Positions 7,900 to 18,139 of a stretch of DNA of 32,000 nt are shown here, piece after piece; position 1 is the stretch's first letter; each line of letters begins with the position of its first letter. Location: assembly GCF_002443295.1 (NCBI RefSeq), contig NZ_BAOS01000034.1:56642-88641 (forward strand), read 5' to 3'. This stretch comes from Candidatus Scalindua japonica. Lineage in GTDB: Bacteria; Planctomycetota; Brocadiia; Brocadiales; Scalinduaceae. The notes below the pieces were generated by a model that saw only the letters and a list, made by a program, of their open reading frames with translations, was not told the origin of the DNA and did not search any database. Position numbers and translations under genes: made by a program.

Positions 7900-8801
7900 A
7901 AGAGCCTGTTTAAAGTAACAAAAAACAAGGGGCTTCCAATCGGAAATTTAAACAGTCAATTCTTTGCCAATATCTATTTAAATCTGCTTGACCAATTTGT
8001 AAAGCATCAGTTGAAGTGCCGATATTATGTGCGTTACTGTGATGATCTTCTGCTTCTCTCAAGAGACAGGGAGGAGCTCATAATGTGGAAAGACAAAATT
8101 GAGATATTTCTTGATGACAAGCCCCAACTGGAACTGCGGAAATCGTTTAAACTCCAACCGGTTAGTAACGGGATTGATTTTCTGGGTTATATAGTACGGC
8201 CGGATTATCTGTTGGTAAGATGACGTGTAGTAAATAATTTGCAGGTAAGGTTACGTGAATACAAGACACTTTTAGTCTAAGAAGGACGATACTACCGAAG
8301 GTATCTTTTTGATGAAGAGATGTTAGACCGGTTACATGCTATTTTGTCATCCTATCTTGGCCATTTCAAGATGGCAAACACGTACAACCTCTGCAAGTCT
8401 ATATGGGCAAAGCACAATTTCTTAGACCAATATTTTGATCCGAAAGGAAAGAAGCTTGTTCGAAAATACAAGTACCCTAAAGAGTTTAGAAAGACATATC
8501 AGCAGTATTTGTATTACAGGAGTAGGTTTATAGGTGATATACTTTTTTTTCAGGTGGGGAGTTTTTTGAATTTTATCATATCCGTGATAATGAAATAGCT
8601 TATACCCTCGGTCTCTCAGTGTTACGTAAAAATAAAAGGCGAGCCAGATATTGTTTTCCGGTACATCTTATGAACAACTATCTTCAAAAATTGCTTAAAA
8701 TGAAGATGTCTATAACACTGATCTTCGAGAAGGAAAGATATCTGACCGGGATAAAAGAGAGGGTGCCAATGTACCGGTATGAATGGATAGAGACATGCTG
8801 A
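7864..8801 (+). pseudogene. Diversity-generating-retroelement-type reverse transcriptase remnant with a MutS-domain-I-like C-terminal region
   Basis: KGLPIGNLNSQFFANIYLN (the IGxxxSQ DGR hallmark), YVRYCDDLLLL (YxDD) and GIDFLGY. The tail YQQYLYY...ILFFQVGSF(F)EFY...ARYCFPVHLMNNYLQKLLKMKMSITLIFE resembles MutS domain I. Motifs 1-3 are missing. There are in-frame stops at 8221 (TGA) and 8278 (TAA) and a frameshift at the T6 run 8562-8567. Confidence 0.75.
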
Positions 8802-8818
8802 TAAAACCTATTCGTATG

Positions 8819-9086
8819 TTATTGATACTGATTCCATTTTCTGTTAGATACGTTTCTCTTTACATTATCAGATTTAATAGAAAATTCTTTAGACAAATTA
8901 ACCTGGGACAATGAAGATCTACATATAGGTTCAAAATGCTTAGAGTCTTTTCTTTTTCAAGAGACAGAATCTCCCCTTGCACGAGATCCGAATACTCAAA
9001 GTTCACGTACTTTTCGCTTTCTGTGATACAAGATCTCTAAATTTTTCAACTATTTCAAGATCCCTTTTCTTCATCATTCTTTCCAT
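8819..9086 (-). pseudogene. Degraded nucleotidyltransferase (MNT-like) remnant
   Basis: The minus strand reads MERMMKKRDLEIVEKFRDLVSQKA, then in a shifted frame KVREL-TGA-VFGSRARGDSVS. FGSRARG is the NTase G-S motif. Several frame breaks are present. Confidence 0.3.
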
Positions 9087-9842
9087 GATTCATATGATGG
9101 CAATACCAATTCATTATTAGTGAATTCACAAAAGCCACAGTAACATTTATAACTTGTTCTGAGTCCTTTCTGAAAAAATCACAGTTTTGTTTCGCTTGTA
9201 TCTCCGAAACTGTGTGTTAGTTTGAAGTTACAAATCACGGCATGTCAACCGGTAAAGTTTATTTATTTTAACCCTTGTAAATGCTCATTTCTAGTATACA
9301 CTAAGCAAGTGGAAGTAAACAAGATCATACCAGAAGTCAAATCTACTGTTTATCTACTCCGTACTCAATGGAGTCTAATTTCTTATAAGATGTTTTACAG
9401 GTCTAAAAAGGTTTCAATGCTATCCGTTATTTGTTTGCAGACGTATTGACACATCAATGGAGTAAGTCCAAATGATTATGCTCTGTGTATATTGCTTCAC
9501 ATGCACACTTCTATTTGTTTTTGCTCAACCTTTCTAATAATAAGGCTAGTAACATCGAGATAGTATCCAGGGAATCTCTCTAAAGGTTTACTGTTGGATG
9601 CATTGTCTCAATATTCGTCTATAATGATTTTTGCAGATAAAGAAACGAATATTTTGCCCATCTCTCTGTTCGTGATCTGTTTAAATATCGTGTTCGAATA
9701 GGACACCTTTCTCACCAGCGTACTATATTTTATGTCTTGCAATATGAAATGAAAGATTGCTCTTATTTATTCTTTATTACAAGTGATGAGAGCACTTTAA
9801 CAATAGTTTTTCTAAATGAGAGGGAAGGGGGTGTTAATCATC

Positions 9843-10043
9843 ATGATAAACGGGATCGTAAAGTGGTTTAGCGATGTAAAAGGAGTCGGCTTTATTTCTC
9901 AGCAAAGTGGAGATGATGTCTTTGTACATCATTCTTCAATCCGGTGTAATGGCTTTAAGACTCTTTTTGCGGGCGACAAGGTAACGTTTGAAATTGAAGA
10001 GGGACTAAAGGGCACCAGAGCTGCAAACGTTTTCAAAGTATAA
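9843..10043 (+). CDS. Cold-shock protein (CspA family, 66 aa)
   Basis: MINGIVKWFSDVKGVGFI...DVFVHHSSI contains RNP1/RNP2-like motifs. A GGAAGGGGG RBS lies upstream of the ATG at 9843; the ORF-track start at 9816 is probably too far upstream. Confidence 0.9.
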   Translation: MINGIVKWFSDVKGVGFISQQSGDDVFVHHSSIRCNGFKTLFAGDKVTFEIEEGLKGTRAANVFKV

Positions 10044-10130
10044 ATGTGTTATGCACAGAGGGCCTTTCTATCTCTATGTGTTGCACTACCTCAGTGAACG
10101 AGAGTTATAAATAAATAAAAGGAGGATTTT

Positions 10131-10889
10131 ATGAAGATAGTTGTAAGTCTTGTAACCACTCTATTATTGTTTTTGTTTTCACAAATAGTCATTGCGGAAC
10201 CTGAGATGGTGTTTGTCAAGGGAGGATGTTTTGAGATGGGAGACACCTTTGATGAGGGAGAAGATGATGAAAATCCGGTACATGAGATTTGTGTAAATGA
10301 TTTTTATATAGGCAAGTACGAGGTGACAGAAACGGAATGGGCGGAAATGATGAAAACAAGTAAATCTGATGTAAACGGCAGTGGAAATTATCCGGTAGAA
10401 AATGTAAGCTGGGAAGACGTACATAATTATATAATAAAGCTAAATAAAATGACTGGTAAAAATTATCGATTACCAACAGAGGCAGAGTGGGAATATGCGG
10501 CTAGAAGCGGAGGCAATAAGGAACGTTGGGCAGGGACGAGTGATGAGGCTGAACTTAAGGATTATGCATGGTATGAAGATAACTCAGAGAGAATGGCACA
10601 CCCGGTCGGACAGAAAAACCCTAACGGGCTCGGCATACACGATATGTGTGGGAATGTATGGGAGTGGGTATTTGATAATTATGATGAGCAATATTATGAA
10701 AGTGGCCATAAGGATAATCCAAATGGACCTTTAACGGGGTTTTATCGTGTTCTCCGTGGTGGTTCCTGGATCAACACGCCGATGGATGTGCGTACTGCAG
10801 TCCGGGGTAGACGCATACCAATGGATTGGTTTCAGCATGAAGGTTTTCGTTTAGTCCTTTCACACAAGACAAAACTTAAAAAGGAGTGA
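10131..10889 (+). CDS. Secreted formylglycine-generating-enzyme (FGE/SUMF1) fold protein
   Basis: Signal peptide, [56 protein letters not shown] and GFRLV. Confidence 0.85.
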   Translation: MKIVVSLVTTLLLFLFSQIVIAEPEMVFVKGGCFEMGDTFDEGEDDENPVHEICVNDFYIGKYEVTETEWAEMMKTSKSDVNGSGNYPVENVSWEDVHNYIIKLNKMTGKNYRLPTEAEWEYAARSGGNKERWAGTSDEAELKDYAWYEDNSERMAHPVGQKNPNGLGIHDMCGNVWEWVFDNYDEQYYESGHKDNPNGPLTGFYRVLRGGSWINTPMDVRTAVRGRRIPMDWFQHEGFRLVLSHKTKLKKE

Positions 10890-10890
10890 T

Positions 10891-11136
10891 ATGTCAACAG
10901 AGGAAAGATTAAAAGAGATGGTTATTAAGCAATTAAGTAAAGACGGGAAACCGGTTACACTTGAAACATCTTTTGTAAATGACTTAGAAGCAGACTCACT
11001 TGATATAGTAGAACTTGTTATGGAATTAGAGGACGCATTTGGGGTAAATATTCCGGACGAAGATGCAGAGAGAATAAAAACCGTTGGTGATGCCGTAAAG
11101 TATATTAATGAATATACAAATAAAAATGGCAAGTAG
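10891..11136 (+). CDS. acpP: Acyl carrier protein
   Basis: [20 protein letters not shown] contains the DSL phosphopantetheine-attachment serine. It is 81 aa and starts 1 nt after the FGE-like stop. Confidence 0.85.
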   Translation: MSTEERLKEMVIKQLSKDGKPVTLETSFVNDLEADSLDIVELVMELEDAFGVNIPDEDAERIKTVGDAVKYINEYTNKNGK

Positions 11137-11159
11137 AGAATAAAGAGGATCAAAAGGTA

Positions 11160-11348
11160 ATGATACAGAATAATAGATGTCCAAACTTTAATCACGGCCG
11201 TATTAATGCTCCTGTGCATGCCTGTCCAATGTGTGGCAAGGTAGTAAATGGAGACATATCCATAAAAAATTGTAGCGAAGATGAACATGCTAAAAGAAGA
11301 AAAGATAGAAACAAGTATTGTGTAGATTGTGGCAGCCAACTTATCTAG
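11160..11348 (+). CDS. Small zinc-ribbon protein
   Basis: CPNF...CPMCG...CVDCG cysteine pairs; 62 aa. Confidence 0.5.
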   Translation: MIQNNRCPNFNHGRINAPVHACPMCGKVVNGDISIKNCSEDEHAKRRKDRNKYCVDCGSQLI

Positions 11349-11609
11349 GGAACACAACAGCACCACGCTGTTTCTTTAAAATCTTTACCATAGATTATAA
11401 ATATATTAGACGGTCGTCCTACCTCTGAATGCGTGTAGACAAGAGTAATTTTTTACCCAGTCTGAGACAAGGCGATACTCATATTGAACGCAAATATTAT
11501 TTTCAAAAAATTGAGTATGATGCTGCTGGAACGATCTGAAAAAAACATATCCAGGTAATCCGAGAACTTTTAAAACATAACATGCAGTAACGAGAAGGGA
11601 TGTATAATT

Positions 11610-12872
11610 ATGATAAGTTTAAAGCAAGAAAATTTGACAGTGCTTCATGTGGCAACACTTAACCAGCCGATCAGACCGAACCTTGGTTATGGTCCCATAG
11701 AAACGGTGATTTATAACATAGACAAAGGGCTCGATGCTTCAGGTCACAGGTCGATCGTTGCCTGTTCAGGAGACTCAAGGGTTTTTGGGGAACATCACGT
11801 GACTGTTGATAGGAGCGCTGGTGATTATTGGAGCGACAACACCACTGAAAAGCATAAGGCCATGAATATACACCTTTCAAAGGCACTGTACAGGGCAAGG
11901 AGGGGTGACATTGACATTATACACGCCCATGATCCAAAGGCGGTTGAGTTCATGTATGATAGTGTATTCAAAATGAATGTACCGATTGTAATGACCCTTC
12001 ACGTATCCGCAGAAGACAGCTCTCTTGGAGGCGCTTACCAGCGTTGGGCAAATCATCTTCTTGCATCCCCATTGGTGTATTGTGCTGCGATAAGCGAATA
12101 TCAAAAAAAGCAGTATAGTGAACTGGTGAACGCGGACAATGTTGTTTACCACGGGATTGACGTTGAAGAATACCCGGTAAAGGATGAGTCGGATAAAGGA
12201 AGTTATTTATTTACTATTGGAAGGATAACCCATGACAAGGGGCAGGACAAGGCCATCGAAATTGCGAAAAAAACAGGTTCCAAGCTTATCATTGCCGGCT
12301 GTGTTCAGAATAAACCCGCCGACAGGGAGTTTTTTGCAGGCCTGAATAATTCTATCGACCTTTCCACTGAAGTAGGAAAGCATCCGGTTGATAATGACTA
12401 TTATGCCAGGGTAATAAAACCGTTATTGGATTGTGATAAACAGATTATCTATATTGGAGAGATCAGCAGCGAGCATAAAAAACATTGGTACCGGCATGCA
12501 AGGGCAACTTTATTCCCTATACAATGGGGAGAACCATTCGGGCTCGTTCTTGTCGAGTCGATGGCATGCGGCACACCAGTTATAGCCTTAAAGAGAGGAG
12601 CTGTTCCTGAAATAGTAGTAGACGGAAAAACCGGTATTGTGGTAGACTCAATTGATGCAATGATTGAAGCAATCAGTCGAGTAAATACTATTGATCCAGG
12701 TGACTGCAGGAATCATGTACATGATAATTTCTCCATAACAAGTATGGCCTATAAATATTCAGAATTATATCATCAGTTAATCGACAGCCACAAAATATCA
12801 GAAAACTGCAGCAGTTTGACAGACGACTATTTTACTGAACCTCTACTCCATGGTGCGATAGCCACCTTATAA
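11610..12872 (+). CDS. Glycosyltransferase family 4 (GT-B fold)
   Basis: EPFGLVLVESMACGTPVIALKRGAVPEIVVDGKTG (EX7E motif region). Confidence 0.85.
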   Translation: MISLKQENLTVLHVATLNQPIRPNLGYGPIETVIYNIDKGLDASGHRSIVACSGDSRVFGEHHVTVDRSAGDYWSDNTTEKHKAMNIHLSKALYRARRGDIDIIHAHDPKAVEFMYDSVFKMNVPIVMTLHVSAEDSSLGGAYQRWANHLLASPLVYCAAISEYQKKQYSELVNADNVVYHGIDVEEYPVKDESDKGSYLFTIGRITHDKGQDKAIEIAKKTGSKLIIAGCVQNKPADREFFAGLNNSIDLSTEVGKHPVDNDYYARVIKPLLDCDKQIIYIGEISSEHKKHWYRHARATLFPIQWGEPFGLVLVESMACGTPVIALKRGAVPEIVVDGKTGIVVDSIDAMIEAISRVNTIDPGDCRNHVHDNFSITSMAYKYSELYHQLIDSHKISENCSSLTDDYFTEPLLHGAIATL

Positions 12873-12876
12873 ACTT

Positions 12877-14892
12877 ATGCCCAAAAACATTCCGGTAGGC
12901 AACGGCAATCTTCTTCTTAATTTTGACTCAGATTATCAGATCAGGGACGTGTATTTCCCCTATATAGGACAGGAGCATCACTCAAAAGGTGATCCTTTCC
13001 GGTTCGGAGTGTGGGTGGATGGACGTTGCTCCTGGACAGGGCCGGAATGGGATAAAAGCCTAAAATATTACAATAACACCCTTGTTACTGATGTGTTTCT
13101 GAGAAACGAGTCCCTGGGCCTGGAGCTGCGCTGCCATGACGTGGTAGATATGGAGTTGAATGTATATATTAAAGAAATCGAGGTGATAAATCTACAAGGG
13201 AATGAACGCCAGGTAAGGCTGTTTTTCTGTCAGGATTTTTATCTTTGTGGCTATGATATCGGAGACACAGCCTATTTTGATCCACGTACCCACTCCATAA
13301 TCCACTATAAGGCCAATCGTTACTTTCTCATTAATTGTTGCAATTCTGAAGAAGAAGGTGTAAATCACTATGCATGTTGCCGCAAGGAATCTTCAGGAAG
13401 GGAAGGAATATGGCATAGTGCTGAGCGCGGACTACTTAATGGGAATCAAATTTCATGGGGAGCTGCTGACTCTGCTATTGGGATATGGCTGGATGTGCCT
13501 CCAAAAGGGAAAGCTGCTGCTCATTACTGGATTGCAGCAGGCACGAACTACAGCGAGGTGTCTCAACTTAACCGAAAGGTGTTAGAGAAGACTCCGGATG
13601 AGTTGATGAAACGCACATCAGATTACTGGAGAGCGTGGGTCACGAAAGAATCCAGGTCCTTTGGAGACTTACCAGGATCTGTCATTAACATATACAATCG
13701 CAGTCTCCTGATTATAAGAACACAGATAGACAACAGGGGAGCAATCATCGCGGCAAATGATTCAGATATAGTCCATTTTGGAGGAGACACATATTCGTAC
13801 ATGTGGGGACGTGATGGAGCTTTTGTAGCCGCCGCATTGGCAAAGGCCGGTTACACCCATGTATGTATGAAATTTTTTAACTTTTGTGCTCGTGTTCTAT
13901 CAGAGGAAGGATACCTTTACCAGCATTACAATCCTGATGGATCACTGGCAAGCAACTGGCATCCCTGGTTGGTGGAGGGGAAGGAAGTCCTCCCGATACA
14001 GGAAGACTCTACCGCTTTAATTCTCTGGGCACTCTGGATACACTATGAGAGTTCTAAGGACATAGAATTCATCAGACCGTTCTATGATACGCTTATTAAA
14101 AAGTCTGCTGACTTTATGGTAAATCACCGCGATCCTGATACTAAACTGCCCATCCCCTGCTATGACCTCTGGGAAGAACGTTTTGGAGTGCACACTTATA
14201 CCGTAGCGTCAGTGATTGCCGGTCTAAGGGCGGCGGCGAATTTTGCAAGACTCTTTCTGGATACCTCATTGGCAGAGAAATATGACAAAACAGCCGAAGA
14301 AATAAAAGGAGGCCTTACTAAACACCTCTACCACACGGGTCTAAAGAGGTACGCCCGCTCAGGTTACCGAAAAGGTAAAGGCTACGAACTCGACGAAGTA
14401 ATTGATGTCAGTTTATCTGCACTCGCTTTCCTGGGAGTATTGCCTCCCAGAGACTCTCGGATGATCCAAACAATGGAGGCAATACATCAGCAATTATGGC
14501 TGAAGACTCCTGTTGAAGGTTGTGCCAGATATCAGGATGATGTTTACCATCGGCCGAATGACAGCCCGGAGGATATTCCCGGCAATCCCTGGTTTATCTC
14601 AACACTCTGGTTGGCAGAGTATTATATAGCGCGTGCCGAAAGCCTTCATGAACTTCGAGAGGCCATTCCTTACCTTGAATGGTGTACAAAAAACGCTCTT
14701 CCTTCCGGTGTGCTTGCAGAGCAGGTGCACCCGGTAAACGGTGCTCCACTCTCTGTTTCACCGCTTACGTGGAGCCATTCCTCTTTTGTGTGGACAGTTC
14801 AGCTATACACCGATAAATTCAACTCATTTGTGGTTAACAAGACGTCATCTTGCAACCTGGAAGATTATAAAACTGAAGGCATTATGGGTTAG
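12877..14892 (+). CDS. Glycoside hydrolase family 15 (glucoamylase/glucodextranase-like)
   Basis: YMWGRDGAFVAAALAKAGY, CYDLWEERFGVHTYT and NPWFISTLWLAEYY. It starts 4 nt after the GT4 stop. Confidence 0.85.
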   Translation: MPKNIPVGNGNLLLNFDSDYQIRDVYFPYIGQEHHSKGDPFRFGVWVDGRCSWTGPEWDKSLKYYNNTLVTDVFLRNESLGLELRCHDVVDMELNVYIKEIEVINLQGNERQVRLFFCQDFYLCGYDIGDTAYFDPRTHSIIHYKANRYFLINCCNSEEEGVNHYACCRKESSGREGIWHSAERGLLNGNQISWGAADSAIGIWLDVPPKGKAAAHYWIAAGTNYSEVSQLNRKVLEKTPDELMKRTSDYWRAWVTKESRSFGDLPGSVINIYNRSLLIIRTQIDNRGAIIAANDSDIVHFGGDTYSYMWGRDGAFVAAALAKAGYTHVCMKFFNFCARVLSEEGYLYQHYNPDGSLASNWHPWLVEGKEVLPIQEDSTALILWALWIHYESSKDIEFIRPFYDTLIKKSADFMVNHRDPDTKLPIPCYDLWEERFGVHTYTVASVIAGLRAAANFARLFLDTSLAEKYDKTAEEIKGGLTKHLYHTGLKRYARSGYRKGKGYELDEVIDVSLSALAFLGVLPPRDSRMIQTMEAIHQQLWLKTPVEGCARYQDDVYHRPNDSPEDIPGNPWFISTLWLAEYYIARAESLHELREAIPYLEWCTKNALPSGVLAEQVHPVNGAPLSVSPLTWSHSSFVWTVQLYTDKFNSFVVNKTSSCNLEDYKTEGIMG

Positions 14893-15146
14893 TGTGTGGG
14901 CTGATAACAGATACAGAGAATCAGTGAGATACTAGCATAATGAAAAGATGACAGTCTTCACTCATTTACACCTGATGACCCTGGTGATCAACCATTTATT
15001 GATGGGTTAAAATAATTGAAATACCTACAAAAATGTAAAAAAACTAATGGAAGCAGTTATAACGCTGTTATTACCAGAATCAAATCTGTGAAATCGAGAA
15101 GTGCAGTAAAAATAAACAAAACAGTAATTATAAAACTTAAAAAAAG

Positions 15147-15494
15147 ATGAAGAACACAATAATGAAAAGAATAATAACAAATGATAAAGACATAAGGTTG
15201 ACCATTGTACAATACAATGATAGGCAGAATAATATTGTAACTCTAGCTTATCTTTGCCTGGGAAAAGACAGGCTTGGTAATAGAAACCTTATAGATAATG
15301 GTAAACTTTTAGTTTATGTTAATGAAAAAGAACTTTATAGAATACCATTCCAAGGAACATTTACCGATGAAAGGAGTTCAGCCCTCACAAAACATCTTAA
15401 CGATATGGTTCAGCAGGGAGAGTCTGGAGAAGTTCTTTGGGGAAATATAGAAAATAAAATTCTTAACTGCTGTGGATCTTGCTATGTAAAATAG
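15147..15494 (+). CDS. Hypothetical protein (115 aa)
   Basis: ORF only; no motif recognised. The C-terminus is CCGSCYVK. Confidence 0.4.
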   Translation: MKNTIMKRIITNDKDIRLTIVQYNDRQNNIVTLAYLCLGKDRLGNRNLIDNGKLLVYVNEKELYRIPFQGTFTDERSSALTKHLNDMVQQGESGEVLWGNIENKILNCCGSCYVK

Positions 15495-15602
15495 GTTGTT
15501 TTGCTTTTTCCTTAATCGCAATAAACCATACAATTAAAAGTAAATCCAGTCATAACTCCAACTGGGTAATTTCAGTTAGATAATAAGAAAGAGAGGTAAA
15601 AT

Positions 15603-16598
15603 ATGAATGGTTACGGTGATAAACCGGATTTCAAGTTTGATAAAACACAGTTTGATCCTTTTAAGAAGTATATGTTACCAATAGCGTTCGTTATAGGTAT
15701 TATCATACTTGGGTATTCTTCAGTATTTACGGTAAAGGCCAATCAGGAAGCCGCAATGTTAAGGTTCGGTAAGTATACGGAAACTGTCGGGCCGGGATTG
15801 CATTTTAAGTTGCCTTTTGGTATTGACAAGGTATATGTTGGAGAGGTGAAACGTATATATAACGAAGAGTTTGGCTATAGAACCGTTAGTTCCGGTAGAG
15901 AAAGTATGATTGATTACAACTTCAGGGGTGCAAGCGATGTCTCTCTCATGCTGACCGGAGACAGGAATTGTGCCGAGGTACATTGGGTAGTAAGATACAA
16001 GATTAAGAACCTGAAAGAGTTCCTCTTTCGTGTAAGGGATGTCAAGAGTGTCATCAGAGATGTTAGTGAAGCGGTAATGAGAAGGATTGTTGGTGACATG
16101 TCTATTGATGAAGTGCTGACTATTGGCAGAAGGAAGATAGAGGAAATTGCGGAGACGGAGATAGAAACAGTACTGGATACTTATGGCTGCGGGATTGATA
16201 TACAGGTAGTAAACCTGAAGGGTGTTAACCCTCCGGGTGAAGTTAAGGATGCCTTTGATTCTGTTAACAAGGCGGTGCAGATGAGAGATCAGATTACGAA
16301 TGAAGCAGAAGGAAAGAAGAACAAAGTCATACCGGCTGCAATGGGTAAGCAGCAGCAGGCGATTAGAGAGGCGGAAGGGTATAAGATAAAGAGAATCAAC
16401 GAGGCGACTGGAGATACAAAGGCGTTTCTTGCCGTATGGAAAGAGTATGAGAAGGCAAAGGGTGTTACCAGAAGGAGGCTTTACCTGGAAACAATGGAAA
16501 AGGTGATACCAAAATGTGAAGAAATATACATAATTGACAAAGATCAGAAAGGGATTTTGCCGATACTCAATCTGGGAGAAAGTAAGGTGATTAAATGA
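15603..16598 (+). CDS. hflK: HflK (SPFH/band-7 protease modulator)
   Basis: N-terminal TM segment, an SPFH domain and a coiled-coil tail. Its stop overlaps the start of the hflC homologue (ATGA). Confidence 0.85.
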   Translation: MNGYGDKPDFKFDKTQFDPFKKYMLPIAFVIGIIILGYSSVFTVKANQEAAMLRFGKYTETVGPGLHFKLPFGIDKVYVGEVKRIYNEEFGYRTVSSGRESMIDYNFRGASDVSLMLTGDRNCAEVHWVVRYKIKNLKEFLFRVRDVKSVIRDVSEAVMRRIVGDMSIDEVLTIGRRKIEEIAETEIETVLDTYGCGIDIQVVNLKGVNPPGEVKDAFDSVNKAVQMRDQITNEAEGKKNKVIPAAMGKQQQAIREAEGYKIKRINEATGDTKAFLAVWKEYEKAKGVTRRRLYLETMEKVIPKCEEIYIIDKDQKGILPILNLGESKVIK

Positions 16599-17549
16599 AT
16601 GAAATGAAACAAAAGGCGCAAGTATATATAACAGTAGCCATAATCGCGGTAGTTGCAATAATTATCATAGCCAGTAGTTCTTTTTACGTAGTCGACATTA
16701 AATCACAGTGTGTGATTACTGAATTTGGTAAACCAAAGAAAGTTGTAACAGAACCCGGGCTAAAGGTAAAAACACCTTTTATACAAAAAACAAAATATTT
16801 TGAAAAACGAATCATAGAATGGGATGGTGAGCCGAGTGATATCTTGACAAGAGATAAAGAAAATATTGGCATTAATACCTGGGCTCGTTGGAAGATTGTA
16901 GACCCTTTAAAATTTTATACATCAATAGGAACGGAAGAAGAGGCCAGGGATTCTTGATGAGGAATAGGTCAGCCTGAAAAATATTGAAGACTATCCTTTA
17001 AATGAGGTATTAAGGAACACTAACCGGAAGCTTGAATATACTACAGTAGAGTTGGAAAAGGCGGAAATTGACAAGAAGGTAAAAGTTTCTCATGGCAGGG
17101 CAAGCCTTGTTGGAGAAATAAATAAAATGGCAAATGAAGGATTACGTGATAGATACGGTATGGAACTGGTTGATGTAAGGATAAAGCATGTTAATTATGT
17201 ACAGGCGGTCATACCTAAGATATTTGACAGGATGCGTTCAGAAAGAATAAGGATTGCAAATAAATATGAGTCTGAGGGCAGGAGAGAAGAGGCGGAAATA
17301 ATGGGGTATATGAAGAAGGAACTGGAGAAGATAGAATCTGAAGGCTACAAGATAGCAACTGAGACGAGAGGTGAAGCAGATGCCGAAGCAGTAAAAATAT
17401 ATGCAGATGCTTACGGAAAAGATCCTGATTTTTACTCTTTTACAAAGACTCTTGAAACGTATGAGAAAACCGTTGACGATAACACCCGTTTGTATTTAAG
17501 CACAGATAGTGATTACTATAAGTATATAGATAGTTTTACGGAAAAGTAA
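16595..17549 (+). pseudogene. hflC: HflC homologue disrupted by a frameshift and an in-frame TAG
   Basis: ORF 16595..16957 (TM segment plus SPFH start) continues in frame 3 as GILDEE-TAG-VSLKNIEDYPLNEVLRN...ELVDVRIKHVNY...DPDFYSF. The shift lies near 16940-16950 and the TAG at 16965-16967. Confidence 0.8.
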
Positions 17550-17734
17550 GTATCCTTCTGATTTCTTGGTTTCTAATAAAACTTTCATTAAATGCTGTTA
17601 GTGCATAATAACGTTTCGTTATTACATAATAAATATTTATGACAAAGGCAGACCCTGAGTAATCAGGTGTTGATGTTACGTATGTTAGTAACTACTTAAT
17701 TTTTCAATTAATTATAAATGCTTAAGGATTTACA

Positions 17735-17905
17735 ACGATACAATGGAGTGACAAATATAGTGTGGGTATATCGATAATTGATGAGGAACATAAGAAGCTC
17801 ATTGATATTACTAATATGGCTATTGTTGCAAAGAAGCAAAATTACAGTTCAGAAAAAGCAAAGGAAGTAAGAAAGAGTTGTCTGAAGATAATCTTAGAAG
17901 AATAG
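17735..17905 (+). pseudogene. Hemerythrin-like domain N-terminal fragment (no start codon)
   Basis: TIQWSDKYSVGISIIDEEHKKLIDITN matches the bacteriohemerythrin start (xIxWsdxxsvGixxIDeqHkxLixlin). ACG sits where ATG is expected, and the later His/Glu ligand motifs are missing. Confidence 0.55.
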
Positions 17906-18139
17906 AAACAGCATTAATAACTTAAATAACATTAGAATTCATATAAAAATTCTTTCGAAATATTAGGTGTGGTTATGTTATCTCGCCGATAGTAAGCTTG
18001 AAAAAAAGTTATCATCCTCTGGTAAGGGAAACTTATGTTGTATTGTTTTTGGAACAGAAAATTGCTATCATAATTGGAATATACAGCCGCCTTATATTTA
18101 AATGTTTGGCACAATACAAGAGGATCAGATGAATAAATC

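Noticed and set aside
9222-9449. A 75-aa ORF in the 8.8-9.8 kb gap, plus short minus-strand ORF-lets at 9450-9720
   Set aside because: No RBS, no motifs, and they sit in a region that otherwise looks like degraded sequence.
7864-10889. Search for a DGR template repeat / variable repeat pair linking the RT remnant to the FGE-fold protein
   Set aside because: Scanning by eye found no second copy of the 10720-10870 segment or any A-substituted variant in the window. An alignment program would be needed to be sure.
10860-11366. A 168-aa minus-strand ORF
   Set aside because: It is antisense to the ACP and zinc-ribbon genes. The ACP assignment is unambiguous.
15759-16658. A 299-aa minus-strand ORF
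   Set aside because: It is entirely antisense to the well-supported hflK gene, and its translation is low-complexity with no motif.
17606-17624. Hairpin TAATAACG-TTT-CGTTATTA downstream of hflC as a terminator
   Set aside because: The stem is almost entirely A/T, the loop is only 3 nt and there is no adjacent U-run. This is too weak to call.
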